This document shows, piece by piece, positions 1-9,168 of a DNA stretch of 64,000 nt. The notes below the pieces were generated by a model. The model was given only the letters and a program-made list of their open reading frames with translations. It searched no databases and was not told the origin of the DNA. A program made the position numbers and the translations under genes. Numbering within the stretch: position 1 is the first letter of the stretch; every line of letters starts with the position of its first letter. This DNA comes from Candidatus Nezhaarchaeales archaeon (lineage in GTDB: Archaea; Thermoproteota; Methanomethylicia; Nezhaarchaeales; JAWCJE01), in the NCBI GenBank assembly GCA_038853715.1, contig JAWCJE010000004.1, positions 2,718 to 66,717 of the forward strand, given 5' to 3'.

Positions 1-863
1 AAGCGGCTTAATATGCCGGCCTCCTTAAGGGCTTCGAGGAATACCATTCTATCCATTCCTAGCTCGTTCCTACCTATCTTAGCATCCTCGTGAACCCCTC
101 GAAGAGGGTAGGGGTAACCAGGCGTTGAAGGATCCTGTAGGGATGCTAGCATACCTAAGCATACTTCGAGGCCGCTCCTCCTAAGGCTACGGCGGCTAAC
201 GTCAACCCTGAAAGCGTAGCTACTTTCACCGTCAAGCTTAGCTACCACCGGTATACCTACATACCAGCTTGGGTACTGTAACTCCTTAAAGATCGGATAG
301 TAGTACCAAGGGCAGGAGTTAAGGATCCTGTTGGCCCTATGAAGTAGGTGGCCTATTAAGGGTTCACCGTTATTAAGCTCCATCTTAGACGATTTACTAA
401 CACCTAGTAGGCTTACTCCGCGCGTATTAAGCTTAAAGTCTAATTCTTCGAGGAGTGTTTTAGTTGAAGATTTTAAAGCCGGGATGGCCATAAGGGCTCG
501 GTCTAAAACGCATAGGTCGCCGGTCCTCAACCTATCCGACGCGGTTAGGGCTACTTCGAGCTCCATGGACATCATGAGCTCCTCAACTTCAAGCTTACTT
601 CGAACTAGGGCGAAACGCTTTAAAGGCTCAAACCTATGGATGCGGGATTTACCACTCCATATGGCTGCTGCTACTTTAACTACGACGACCTTGAAGCTAC
701 CGCAATCGAAGGCTGTTTTCATCGAGGCGTCGACAGCTAAAATGTTGCATGTAGCCGGTAGAAGGGTAATGACGTGGAAGCGGTAATCCTTAACTGGTAA
801 CCCCCTTAACAGCCTACCTTTAACTTGTAGTACTGGGAATAGGTCGTCAAGTGCTTCACCCAT
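1..863 (-). CDS. NurA-like 5'-3' nuclease (RNase H/PIWI-like fold), 3'-partial: C-terminus lies beyond the window start. Open minus-strand frame from an in-frame stop near 985 to coordinate 1; Met at 863, alternative TTG near 968
   Basis: Hand translation of the minus strand; not in the ORF track because there is no stop within the window. From Met: MGEALDDLFPVLQVKGRLLRGLPVKDYRFHVITLLPATCNILAVDASMKTAFDCGSF... The acidic residues at about 46 (VDAS), about 105 (EVEELMMSMELE) and about 128 (LCVLDRAL), and the later GYPYPLRGVHEDAKI His motif, match the spacing of NurA catalytic D/E/D/H. Confidence 0.4.
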   Translation of the reverse strand, partial: MGEALDDLFPVLQVKGRLLRGLPVKDYRFHVITLLPATCNILAVDASMKTAFDCGSFKVVVVKVAAAIWSGKSRIHRFEPLKRFALVRSKLEVEELMMSMELEVALTASDRLRTGDLCVLDRALMAIPALKSSTKTLLEELDFKLNTRGVSLLGVSKSSKMELNNGEPLIGHLLHRANRILNSCPWYYYPIFKELQYPSWYVGIPVVAKLDGESSYAFRVDVSRRSLRRSGLEVCLGMLASLQDPSTPGYPYPLRGVHEDAKIGRNELGMDRMVFLEALKEAGILSR

Positions 864-1171
864 AAGCGTACGCCCCGTAAGCCTAGGCCGGCTGTAAAGC
901 CTATGTAGCTGCTCAATAACTCCTCTAACTCCTTGAAGCGGATATAGGTCTCCGGCCAATGTTAAAGCCAAAACCCGGCACCTTCAAGAGTGATAATTGA
1001 AGGTGGGGTAAAAAGGTAGTTATGGCAACGCCTTTACGCCTACCGTTACGCTTAAGGCTTACTGAGTCGTGCCGCTATCACCGTTATGCTCCGGGCGGAC
1101 CATAACCTACAATTTGAAACCGATACACGATAATTGGTATCGTTGAAGAGAGACGAGAGATAGTAACAAAA

Positions 1172-1181
1172 GGTATATAAA
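1172..1181 (+). promoter_or_regulatory. TATA-like box (ggtatataaa) with A-rich BRE-like stretch just upstream, about 45 nt before the CARF-wHTH start; GGAGGA-like RBS at 1214-1221
   Basis: Sequence aacaaaaggtatataaactg lies 45-55 nt upstream of ATG 1226. A short inverted repeat ACGATA-attgg-TATCGT sits at about 1126-1142. Confidence 0.35.
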
Positions 1182-1225
1182 CTGAAACGGATACACTAAT
1201 ACAGTGACAGGCGAGGAGGACGTTA

Positions 1226-2026
1226 ATGGTATCGCTAGTATGCATGGTTGGCCACGACTACCAGCGAATACTGGATGGCGTAAACCACTGGAGGAGTAAG
1301 GAGCCAATAGAGGCTATATACTTAATCTACGATAAGAAGAAGGATAAGTACGGTTACGCGTCTCAGAAGAACTCGAAAGAACTCGTAGACGAACTCGCCT
1401 TCGCAGGTCAAAGGCCAACCCAGATAGGTGTAAACCCTCAAAGCTACGAGGACGTATTCTCAACAATCTACCTAGTCCTTAGGAAGGAGGTGGATGAATG
1501 TAAAAGGAAGGTATTAATCGACGCTACCTCAACCACTAAGGAAGCTTACGGAGCCATAGTTACCGTATCCCTAATGTTCCCAGGCGTCTCAGTATACGTA
1601 GTACCGGCGGCCCAAGATCAGCGAGGTTGGTACGTCCCCGAGCCTAAATCACCAGGCTTCGATGAATGGTTCGAAAAAGTTAGAAGCGTAAGAGGTCAAA
1701 CCCCGCAGGAAATATACCTACCAGGGTCAAGGCTTGAACGCCCCTCCCAAGAGGAGGAACGCGTACTCATGATCCTAGAGGAACGCGGAGGACGCGTAGA
1801 TTCCATAAAGACGCTGATCGAATGGTGCGGCGAAACACCGACCATACCCGCCGTTAAGAATAGGTTTAGCCGCCTAGTCGATAAGCTAGTCTCTAAGGGC
1901 TTAGTAATTGAAGAGCCATCGGGTAAAACAAAACCCCTCAAACTTACAGGCTTCGGCCTCGTCATGGCTAAGGCGTTGAAAAACTACCATAAGATAGCCT
2001 TAGCCGCCGTTCAAGCCCTCGTTTAA
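1226..2026 (+). CDS. CARF-like Rossmann domain plus C-terminal winged-HTH regulator (Csa3-like architecture)
   Basis: N-terminal half reads as alternating beta/alpha (LVCMVGHD..AIYLIYD..VLIDATSTTKEAYGAIVTVSLMF). C-terminal EERVLMILEERGGRVDSIKTLIEW...RFSRLVDKLVSKGLVIEE is a typical wHTH. Length and domain order are like Csa3. No cas genes or CRISPR repeats in the window. Confidence 0.45.
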   Translation: MVSLVCMVGHDYQRILDGVNHWRSKEPIEAIYLIYDKKKDKYGYASQKNSKELVDELAFAGQRPTQIGVNPQSYEDVFSTIYLVLRKEVDECKRKVLIDATSTTKEAYGAIVTVSLMFPGVSVYVVPAAQDQRGWYVPEPKSPGFDEWFEKVRSVRGQTPQEIYLPGSRLERPSQEEERVLMILEERGGRVDSIKTLIEWCGETPTIPAVKNRFSRLVDKLVSKGLVIEEPSGKTKPLKLTGFGLVMAKALKNYHKIALAAVQALV

Positions 2027-2429
2027 CCGACGTCGTTAAAGCATTTATAGGATTACAGCTTTCATTAATCCGGTATAAAGCCAATTCGATGGATTGCGGA
2101 TTTTAGAATCCGCCGAAAAATGTTTATTCTCTTAATTGTCATCAACTTGATAGTGACTATAGTTTCTTCTCTGTGGCTTAATTATTGTTATGTATCTTAC
2201 GTTGTTATCTTGATGGTGTTTGTTTTTAAATGTTTATTATCATGTTGTTTATGGATGTTTTTATTGTTAGCTCTTTAACTATGTTTTGTGGTTGTTTTGA
2301 TATGCAGTATTCTCCGAAGGTGCGTTTAAAGGTTGAGAATGTTGTTTCTAGCTCCAACGCCTACTGTAGCCTACAAGTTTAGACCATGCTTTAGCGCCTA
2401 AATTCTTAAACAGCTTTACAGCCTTACGT

Positions 2430-3081
2430 CTATTCGGAGGCTCCTCTATCCTGTTTAGCGTTAATCCTAGGCTTAATTAACGGCTTCAACCCGTAGCGAT
2501 TAAGCAATCTATAAGCCTTATATGAATCGTATCCTCCATCCATTAATACCTTCGATAGTATTCTACGTTTAACCGCCCCATTAATTAAGGTCGGTAATAC
2601 TTTGGAGTCGTGTACGTCGTCAGTAGTAATATGCATAGCTATAATCTCCTTAGTCTTAACGTTAACGGCGAAATGTATCTTTACGTAGCGCTTCTTCCTA
2701 CCATGTACATGTTCAACCCAACCACCGTACTTATGTACGCTTATACCGCTAGCGTCAATGGCTATAGGATCATTAAGCTCGTTTAAAGAACGATGTAATG
2801 GTATATTAAGCCTTAAAATACGCCTCCTAATCCATGAGTACTGGTTTAAGTTTAGGAATTGACCTATTTAAGGCGTTAGTAAAGCCTTTAAGTTGCCTAA
2901 AGGGCATAGAGAAAAGGTAGCGTACAACGGCCAAGAACTCCACATACCTATTCGTAATCTCGAAGGGCCTACCGGGCTTACCATTATTCATATGCTCATA
3001 ATCATAGCAATCGAGAAAATCAAGACTTAAGAGAAGTTCACCACGCCTAACAAGCCTTCTATCAACGACTCTCCAATCCAT
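2430..3081 (-). mobile_element. Relic IS5-family (IS903-group-like) transposase gene: one frameshift near 2840 and 3'-truncated, with the third DDE residue region missing
   Basis: N-terminal ORF MDWRVVDRRLVRRGELLL...GRPFEI...FRQLKGF parallels the IS903 Tnp N-terminus (W..YNRALR.RGSL...GR.G.P..YSD...LPLR.LEGF). The downstream frame gives ..YSWIRRR..AIDASGISVHKYGGW..RKKRYVKIHFAVNVKT.EII..DVHDS...MDGGYDS (DDE D1 and D2). It ends prematurely at GASE. Confidence 0.6.
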
Positions 3082-3302
3082 AAATTAAAATAGAGTAAAA
3101 GAAGCTTAAAGAATTAAGCCACAAAGCATTCAATTTAATTATTGCTGGTTCCATATTCCTTCCCGCATACCTTACATTGATACCATTGATAGGTGCTATT
3201 CAAGAACGAAAATATGTGTTTTATGAAGAGGTTATATTTAAGGGCTTGAACTTAATATCTTGCTTAGCCTTCAAGGTTTAACCGTTAAAGGGTGTCAATG
3301 GT

Positions 3303-4103
3303 TTGACGAGACGTAATTTTTTAACGTTAATTTCCGCGATGTTTCTAGGTGTAACGGTTGACTCTACGTTAATAGAGCCTTACTTCACGTTGGAGGTTAG
3401 CCACGTTGAGCTAAACGTAGGGGTTAAGAAGCCGCTAAGGCTTATTCACGTAACGGATCTCCACTTCGGTACGTCGCTTTTAGCTAACGCTTACGAGGCT
3501 ACGGTTGAAGCCGTTAAAAACGTGAAGCCAGACTTTATCGCTGTGACCGGGGACATGGTGTCTAAGGCCGAGGCCGTTCAACAGGCCGTCGACTTCCTAG
3601 CTAAGCTTTCAAGCTGCGCTAAAACCTACGTAGTACCGGGTAACTGGGAGTACTGGAGTCTCGGCGACGGCGTGGACTACTTCCTAAGGAGGCTGGAGGA
3701 TACTGGTAGGATTGAAGCGTTGGTCGATCGAAGCGTTGAAATGGGCGGATTCAGCCTTCTAGGCGTTGACGATCCCTACCTAGGCCGAAGCAACCTTAAG
3801 GAGGCGCTTCGAGGGGCTAAGGGGAACGTAAAGGTGCTACTAGCTCATTCACCGCAGATAATAGAGGAGGCTTCGGGAAGGGTTGATGTCGTATTGGCGG
3901 GCCATACCCACGGTGGACAGGTATGCCTACCCTTCATCGGACCGGTCTACGTACCCTTACCGGGTAGGTTTAAACGCTACGCGGCGGGGCTCTTCAAGGA
4001 GGATGGAACCCACCTTTACGTATGCCGCGGCATAGGGATGAGCTTCCTCCCGGCTAGGTTCATGTGTAAACCCGAGGTAGCGGTAGTCGACCTCCTACCT
4101 TAA
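3303..4103 (+). CDS. Calcineurin-like metallophosphoesterase with twin-arginine-like signal (MTRRNFLTL)
   Basis: Motifs HVTDLHFG, AVTGDMV, GNWEY, GHTHGG. Confidence 0.7.
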   Translation: MTRRNFLTLISAMFLGVTVDSTLIEPYFTLEVSHVELNVGVKKPLRLIHVTDLHFGTSLLANAYEATVEAVKNVKPDFIAVTGDMVSKAEAVQQAVDFLAKLSSCAKTYVVPGNWEYWSLGDGVDYFLRRLEDTGRIEALVDRSVEMGGFSLLGVDDPYLGRSNLKEALRGAKGNVKVLLAHSPQIIEEASGRVDVVLAGHTHGGQVCLPFIGPVYVPLPGRFKRYAAGLFKEDGTHLYVCRGIGMSFLPARFMCKPEVAVVDLLP

Positions 4104-4337
4104 AGCATCCCGGCCGGAGTATACCTCCCTCGGGGTCTAATTCCCTTCCTCTTGCTTTAAGTCCACGACCATCCATTTCCAACGGGAAAATAGCTTGGAG
4201 GAGGCTTCTTTTTAAGGCAATATTGGAGAGTTAATGGCGAAACCCAACGAGACGTATATGTTGAGTCTAATAGGCCGATCGCTTACCCACGTATATTACG
4301 AACGGCTTAACCATCGCGATGTCCCCGTTTCCAACAG

Positions 4338-5012
4338 TTAAGGGGAAGACTTTAGTTCAACCTGCTTTAACCTTCCCCCATCGTAGGGCGCGTTTAAGAG
4401 GTCGATGATCCTCCTAGCTTTAGCCGGGCCCACCACGGCCTCCAGCTCGTGCTCCTTAGCCGTGAATAAAGCCCTTACGGTTTTAAACCTAGACAATAGC
4501 TTATCGGCTAGCACCCTTCCAACGCCCGGTAGGCTTTGAGCCACGTAGAGCTGCCAGTCCTCCATCGTTTCGAGGCTCGGTTTACGGCGTGATATTGGCC
4601 CCATCCCCTTCACCGCTTGCTCCTTTAACGCTAAGGACCTTAAGAGCTCGGCGGTTTCAAAGGGGTCTTTAGAGGTTAGTAGGGAGAGCTTAAAGCTAGT
4701 AATTAAGCTGGCTACAGCACCCCATATAACCCTCGGGTTACCGGTTAAAGCGGCTGCTTCGCTTAAGCCTCCCTCGATAATTATCAGCGGTAGCTCGTAC
4801 GCGTCCTTCAACCTAGCCGCTTGGTCGAAGAGCCTACCGTCGAATATTGAGGAGACGAAGTCTTGAACCGTCTTTCTTTCAACACACACCCTACGCGATA
4901 CTACGTAGTCCCCGACGGACAACTGCTTATAGGCGATCTGAACCTTCAAGTCCTTAAGCCTACTCGGCACCGGAGACTCTTTTTCACGTTCATCGACGAG
5001 TATTAGGGGCAA
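4338..5012 (-). CDS. xpf: Short archaeal XPF/ERCC4-family structure-specific nuclease (ERCC4 domain plus HhH2)
   Basis: ERCC4 signature VGDYVVSRRVCVERKTVQDFVSSIFDGRLFDQ; C-terminal tandem helix-hairpin-helix LPGVGRVLADKLLSRFKTVRALFTAKEHELEAVVGPAKARRII. Confidence 0.75.
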   Translation of the reverse strand: MPLILVDEREKESPVPSRLKDLKVQIAYKQLSVGDYVVSRRVCVERKTVQDFVSSIFDGRLFDQAARLKDAYELPLIIIEGGLSEAAALTGNPRVIWGAVASLITSFKLSLLTSKDPFETAELLRSLALKEQAVKGMGPISRRKPSLETMEDWQLYVAQSLPGVGRVLADKLLSRFKTVRALFTAKEHELEAVVGPAKARRIIDLLNAPYDGGRLKQVELKSSP

Positions 5013-5122
5013 AGCGACACCTAGGAAACGTTAAGCCATTAAAACGATATAACCCTTTACTGTGGTTGATGCGTAGCTTTAAAGCTGAAAGCTTATAACT
5101 TTCGGTACGAAAGTTACTTTCG

Positions 5123-6208
5123 GTGTGGAAGTTGCTGTTTAGCCCCGAGCCGAAGAGATGTAAGAAGGACCTCTACGACTTTGAAGGGGAACTTAACGCG
5201 CTTAAGGAGTACCTCGGGCAACCGCTCGTGGTCGTTACCGGGTTGAGGAGGACTGGGAAGACCTCTCTAATCCTCACCGCCCTCGAGGAGTTTAAAGTCC
5301 CATACGTATTCTTCGATTTAAGGTCTGCGGCGACGTCGAGGAGGGACTTATACGCGCTTATCTCTCACGGGTTAACGGGCTTCCTCTCCAAGGCGTCTAA
5401 GTGGGGAAGGCTCCGCGAGGTTGGAACAAGGTTCCTTAAACTCGTTAGAGGGATATCGATCTCAGGGGTTACCGTCGAGTTGTCTTGGGGCCGCGACAGG
5501 CCGTTATTAAGCGAGGTCCTTAAGGCTTTAAACGAGGTTGGCGAGGAGCGAGGCGAGAAGATCGTAATAGTCTTCGACGAGCTTCAAAGGGCTTCGGGGC
5601 ATGCCTCCATTACGCTGCAGAACGTAATCGCCTACGCCTACGACCATCTAAGGAACCTCTCCTTCATACTTTCGGGCTCCGAAATGGGTGTCCTCTACAG
5701 GTTCCTAAAGGACTCTGAAGCACCCCTATACGGTAGGGCTTACTTAGAGGTTAAAACGAGGAGGCTATCTAGGGAGGAGTCGATCGACTTTTTAAGTAGG
5801 GGTTTTGAGGAGGTCGGGTTTAAGATTAACGTGGACGAAGTCGAGGAAGCCGTTAACAGGTTGAACGGCATTATAGGGTGGCTTACCTACTACGGGTACT
5901 CGAAGGTAACACGCGGGAAGGAGCTCGAGGAGATATGGAGCGAAGCCGTGGAGACCGCGAAGCGCGAGCTAGAAAACTTCTTAGGCTATAGAGCAAGCAA
6001 GAATAGGTATAGAACGGTTTTAAAGCTGCTTTCACAAGGGGTGAAGGATTGGAAGAGGCTTAAGATAAGCCTAGAGAACCTAGAAGGGAAAAACTTAAGT
6101 GATAGGGTCCTCTACGACATTCTCCACACCCTTAAAAAACATGCGATAATAGATGAGCAAAAAGAGTTCCAGGACCCGCTTATGAGGGAAGCGGCAAAGG
6201 CCTTATGA
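5123..6208 (+). CDS. Archaeal AAA+ ATPase (Arch_ATPase/PF01637-like) with C-terminal DUF234-like wHTH
   Basis: Walker A VVVTGLRRTGKTSLIL, Walker B IVIVFDELQ; about 360 aa; divergent from xpf. Confidence 0.6.
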   Translation: MWKLLFSPEPKRCKKDLYDFEGELNALKEYLGQPLVVVTGLRRTGKTSLILTALEEFKVPYVFFDLRSAATSRRDLYALISHGLTGFLSKASKWGRLREVGTRFLKLVRGISISGVTVELSWGRDRPLLSEVLKALNEVGEERGEKIVIVFDELQRASGHASITLQNVIAYAYDHLRNLSFILSGSEMGVLYRFLKDSEAPLYGRAYLEVKTRRLSREESIDFLSRGFEEVGFKINVDEVEEAVNRLNGIIGWLTYYGYSKVTRGKELEEIWSEAVETAKRELENFLGYRASKNRYRTVLKLLSQGVKDWKRLKISLENLEGKNLSDRVLYDILHTLKKHAIIDEQKEFQDPLMREAAKAL

Positions 6209-6307
6209 CCTACGCCTAGGAGGGTAGAAGGCGGCTGTAGAAGGTTCTTGAAGAAGTGAGGCTCGCTTCAATCCCTTAAGTCCTCCGGACGCGTTTAAAC
6301 CCTTATA

Positions 6308-6661
6308 TCAGCGAACCTTTGTACCGGGGGGTACGTCCTCGCTTACCGTTATCCAGACCGGTTTTCCTTGAAGATCCGCCGCTAAAAGCATACCCTCAGA
6401 AGTAATACCCGCTATTCGCTTTGGTTCAAGATTAACTATTGCGACGAAATTCTTCCCAACGAAGTATTCCGGGCTATATATCTCCGCGCCTCCAGCTATG
6501 ATCTCCCTTAGCTCTCCTTTACCTATATCGACTGTAACCTTCAATATCTTCCTCATTCCGGGTATTGATTCCGCTTTAACTACTCGAACCACCCTTAAAT
6601 CTATTTTTTCAAACTCCTTAATGGATATTAAGCTGGTCATCGGATTTAAACTTGGAAACAA
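6308..6661 (-). CDS. tRNA-binding (EMAP/Trbp111/CsaA-like OB-fold) domain protein
   Basis: IDLRVVRVVKAESIPGMRKILKVTVDIG...GKNFVAIVNLEPKRIAGITSEGMLLAA is the conserved MetRS C-terminal/Trbp111-type tRNA-binding fold. Confidence 0.6.
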   Translation of the reverse strand: MFPSLNPMTSLISIKEFEKIDLRVVRVVKAESIPGMRKILKVTVDIGKGELREIIAGGAEIYSPEYFVGKNFVAIVNLEPKRIAGITSEGMLLAADLQGKPVWITVSEDVPPGTKVR

Positions 6662-6881
6662 CCACCTATTAAGCTTTTAACGTTTCACGATTTAATCGTG
6701 CAGAATTTATCGGTTTAACGCTAGGCCATACCGTCCGTAATGTGTTCTCCGCAGCAATTAAACTAGGTAATGCTTACGCGGCGTTAACGGATTGGCTATA
6801 GCCACCCCTCCTAGGGTAATGCTTAAAAGCTTCTGAGGCGGATATGTCCCCCCTTGTAACTAGTGGAAGGATGTTTTAGGT

Positions 6882-8078
6882 ATGAGTGTAGCGGCCTTCG
6901 TAATTGTACTCGCCGTGCTTATCGTCATGATTGTGAAAGGCGTGGATGTTTGGTTAGCGCTTCTAGCCGCCAGCATACTGATGACCGTCGCCATGGATCC
7001 CTTAAAGCTACCGTTAACGTTCACCGCTACGGTCGGCGACGAGATGACGTGGTTCCTAGTCGCGATGTCCACGCTGATAGCGCTATTAGCGGAATCGTAT
7101 AGGAGGGCTAACTTAACGGATGAGCTTGGACGCGGGCTTTCAAAGGCTTTAAGGAGCTCTAAGCTAGGTATGATTGCCGTCTCAGCTGTTATGGGCCTCC
7201 TACCAGTAGCCGGTGGAGCCTTAATGTCGGCTCCGGTCGTAGGAGCGCTTGGAAACGCTGCTGGCTTCACTTCTGTTAACTCCGCCGTAGCAAACGTTTG
7301 GTTTAGGCATACGCTTATACTTATTTATCCGATAAGCGATATCATAGTGTTAGCCTCCTCCCTAAGCGGTGTCCCGCTCGAGGATATATTGGTTAGACAG
7401 GTCTTAGTCGCAGCTATGTTAACCGTGCTCGGCTACGTAGTAATACTGCGGGGCGCCGTGAAGCTCGAACACTTAAAGCCTGGCCTACAGCGTAAAACCC
7501 TAATAGCTTCGGCGGCTCCACTCCTTACGGCTCTTGGAGCGGCTTTAACGGTTCGTTATACGGTGAACCCCCTACTAATGCCGTTAGGCGTAGCCGTAGG
7601 AGTCTTAACGATAGGTTTAATGCGCGGCGTTAAAGCCATTATCGCCTCATTTAAGAGTTGGAGGGTCTACTCGATAGCCTTAGCGAGCTTCACCGCGATG
7701 TCATTAAAGTACTCGTTGGAGTTAAGCGGAGCTAGCCGGGCCTTGGTATCAGTGCTACCTAAGGATGTGAACGCGTTATTAATCGTAAGCGTACTCCCAT
7801 TCATTGTAGGCTTCCTCGCTGGCTCCGTGACCGTGGCACTCACCATCGGGATGTCGCTAGCGCTTGGAGTAGGCTCCGTTAACCCCTTCACTGTGAACGT
7901 AGCTTACATCGCCTCCTTCCTAGGCTATCTAGCTTCACCAGCTCACCTTTGCTTAGTCTACACCGCTGAGTATTTTGAGGTACCGCTTTTCAAGCTCTAC
8001 AGGAAGCTCGTACCGCTAGTAGTTACGTCGCTAGCTTTAAGCGTAATGATCTTAGTAGTTGTGGAACCACTAATTTAA
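6882..8078 (+). CDS. Polytopic membrane protein, DUF401-like permease
   Basis: 398 aa, about 10-12 hydrophobic segments, no recognizable transporter signature. Confidence 0.4.
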   Translation: MSVAAFVIVLAVLIVMIVKGVDVWLALLAASILMTVAMDPLKLPLTFTATVGDEMTWFLVAMSTLIALLAESYRRANLTDELGRGLSKALRSSKLGMIAVSAVMGLLPVAGGALMSAPVVGALGNAAGFTSVNSAVANVWFRHTLILIYPISDIIVLASSLSGVPLEDILVRQVLVAAMLTVLGYVVILRGAVKLEHLKPGLQRKTLIASAAPLLTALGAALTVRYTVNPLLMPLGVAVGVLTIGLMRGVKAIIASFKSWRVYSIALASFTAMSLKYSLELSGASRALVSVLPKDVNALLIVSVLPFIVGFLAGSVTVALTIGMSLALGVGSVNPFTVNVAYIASFLGYLASPAHLCLVYTAEYFEVPLFKLYRKLVPLVVTSLALSVMILVVVEPLI

Positions 8079-8381
8079 AGCTGAGCCTTAAATAGATTCT
8101 CATGCTCTTTAAGCAAGGCTTTGTAATACTTAATCCCCTCGTCGCAAACCAATAATAGGATTCAACCTTTCTCTTCAAATGTTTCAATACTTTTTCCATA
8201 GCTAAGTTTTATTTTTATCACCGGTATTTACCCTGTATCTGTTAAATGTTATCTTCGGCCTCCTCTCTTCTGACGCCGAAAATTCTTTATTTCCTCTGAA
8301 TTTTGCGAGAAACTTCACGTTTAATGTAAATCTGAAAAGGTTTAAACTGAAGTAGGAGTTTAAAAATCAGGAGGAAAGGAA

Positions 8382-8477
8382 GTGATAGCCGAGCAAGCAC
8401 TCGTCGATGTAGAGATTAGAGCTAAAGGGAAAGCCATTAGGCTTAAGTACCTTGTTAATTCAGTTGCGAGCTTAGCG
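8382..8477 (+). pseudogene. Retropepsin-like aspartic protease N-terminal fragment (copy 0, active-site region degenerated: LVNSVAS)
   Basis: GTG ORF after a GGAGGAAAGGA RBS: VIAEQALVDVEIRAKGKAIRLKYLVNSVASLA. It matches the x-V-x-V-NGK-x-V-x-L-hDTGAS pattern but with D->N and G->V. Confidence 0.3.
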
Positions 8478-8577
8478 TGATTTCAAAGAGGATCTGCCGT
8501 AAGCTTGAGGCCTTCACCCCTTTAGAGAAGCCCTATGAACTGAGAACTGCCGATAAGGAAGGTAAGCTGAAGATTAA

Positions 8578-8905
8578 AGGGTTCACAGGAATGGAAAAGT
8601 GGTGGAGGCTAAAGCTCTCTTCGATACAGGCTCTAGAAGGAGCTATTTCAGTAAAGAAATCGCGGAGAAAATCGGCTACGAGCCTTACAAGGAAGCTAAA
8701 GAGATACCATTAGCTGTGAAAGTATAGTAAATTGGTTGGTGACGTAGCCGTGTACATTGAGGCAGAGGGATTCATCCTCCCGGAAATGGAGATGATCAGG
8801 GTTATAGAGGGTCTTTCAAGAGGCGTGATCATAGGTTTAAACATAATGGAGGCATATGGAATCCACATCGAAGAGGGTGAGATAAAGTTTAAGCGGATTC
8901 CACTA
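8578..8905 (+). pseudogene. Retropepsin-like (clan AA) aspartic protease domain, copy 1, broken by a -1/+2 frameshift near 8715-8731
   Basis: Frame 1: RNGKVVEAKALFDTGSRRSYFSKEIAEKIGYEPYKEAKEIPLAVKV(stop). Frame 0: VGDVAVYIEAEGFILPEMEMIRVIEGLSRGVIIGLNIMEAYGIHIEEGEIKF. Together these give the full DTG...ILG.d.l fold. Confidence 0.5.
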
Positions 8906-9168
8906 ACCTCAATGATAATTTGGAAAAAGAAGCCAAAGAGTTCGCCAAGGATTTCTGAAGCCCCTTTAAGCAACAAATTCTCTGGAATGGCCTTTACGCC
9001 AAACTTGTGTAGCGCTTCCCGCTCCTCCGTCGCTAATTATCTTCCACTTGACGAAACCTCTTCGAGAACTTTCAAAGTAACCCATCTAGCACCTTCAGGA
9101 CAAACCTTGAAGTAGGGATATAGTTAAAATGGATGTTTGAAGATTGAACATTTAAAGCGTGAAAGCTT

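Noticed and set aside
484-786. 100-aa plus-strand ORF in the track
   Set aside because: Lies antisense to the long open NurA-like frame on the minus strand; no motif; likely non-coding.
2040-2340. Possible CRISPR array or leader in the AT-rich tract next to the Csa3-like gene
   Set aside because: No direct repeats of 24-40 nt with regular spacing could be found anywhere in the window; only low-complexity T/G-rich iterations.
5100-5135. Near-palindrome cggtacgaaagttactttcggt in the xpf/ATPase intergenic region
   Set aside because: Arms are imperfect (ctttcggt versus ctttcgtaccg); treated only as a note under the xpf finding.
8906-9115. C-terminal 70 codons of ORF 8732-9115
   Set aside because: Continues past the end of the retropepsin fold with no motif; probably fortuitous read-through.
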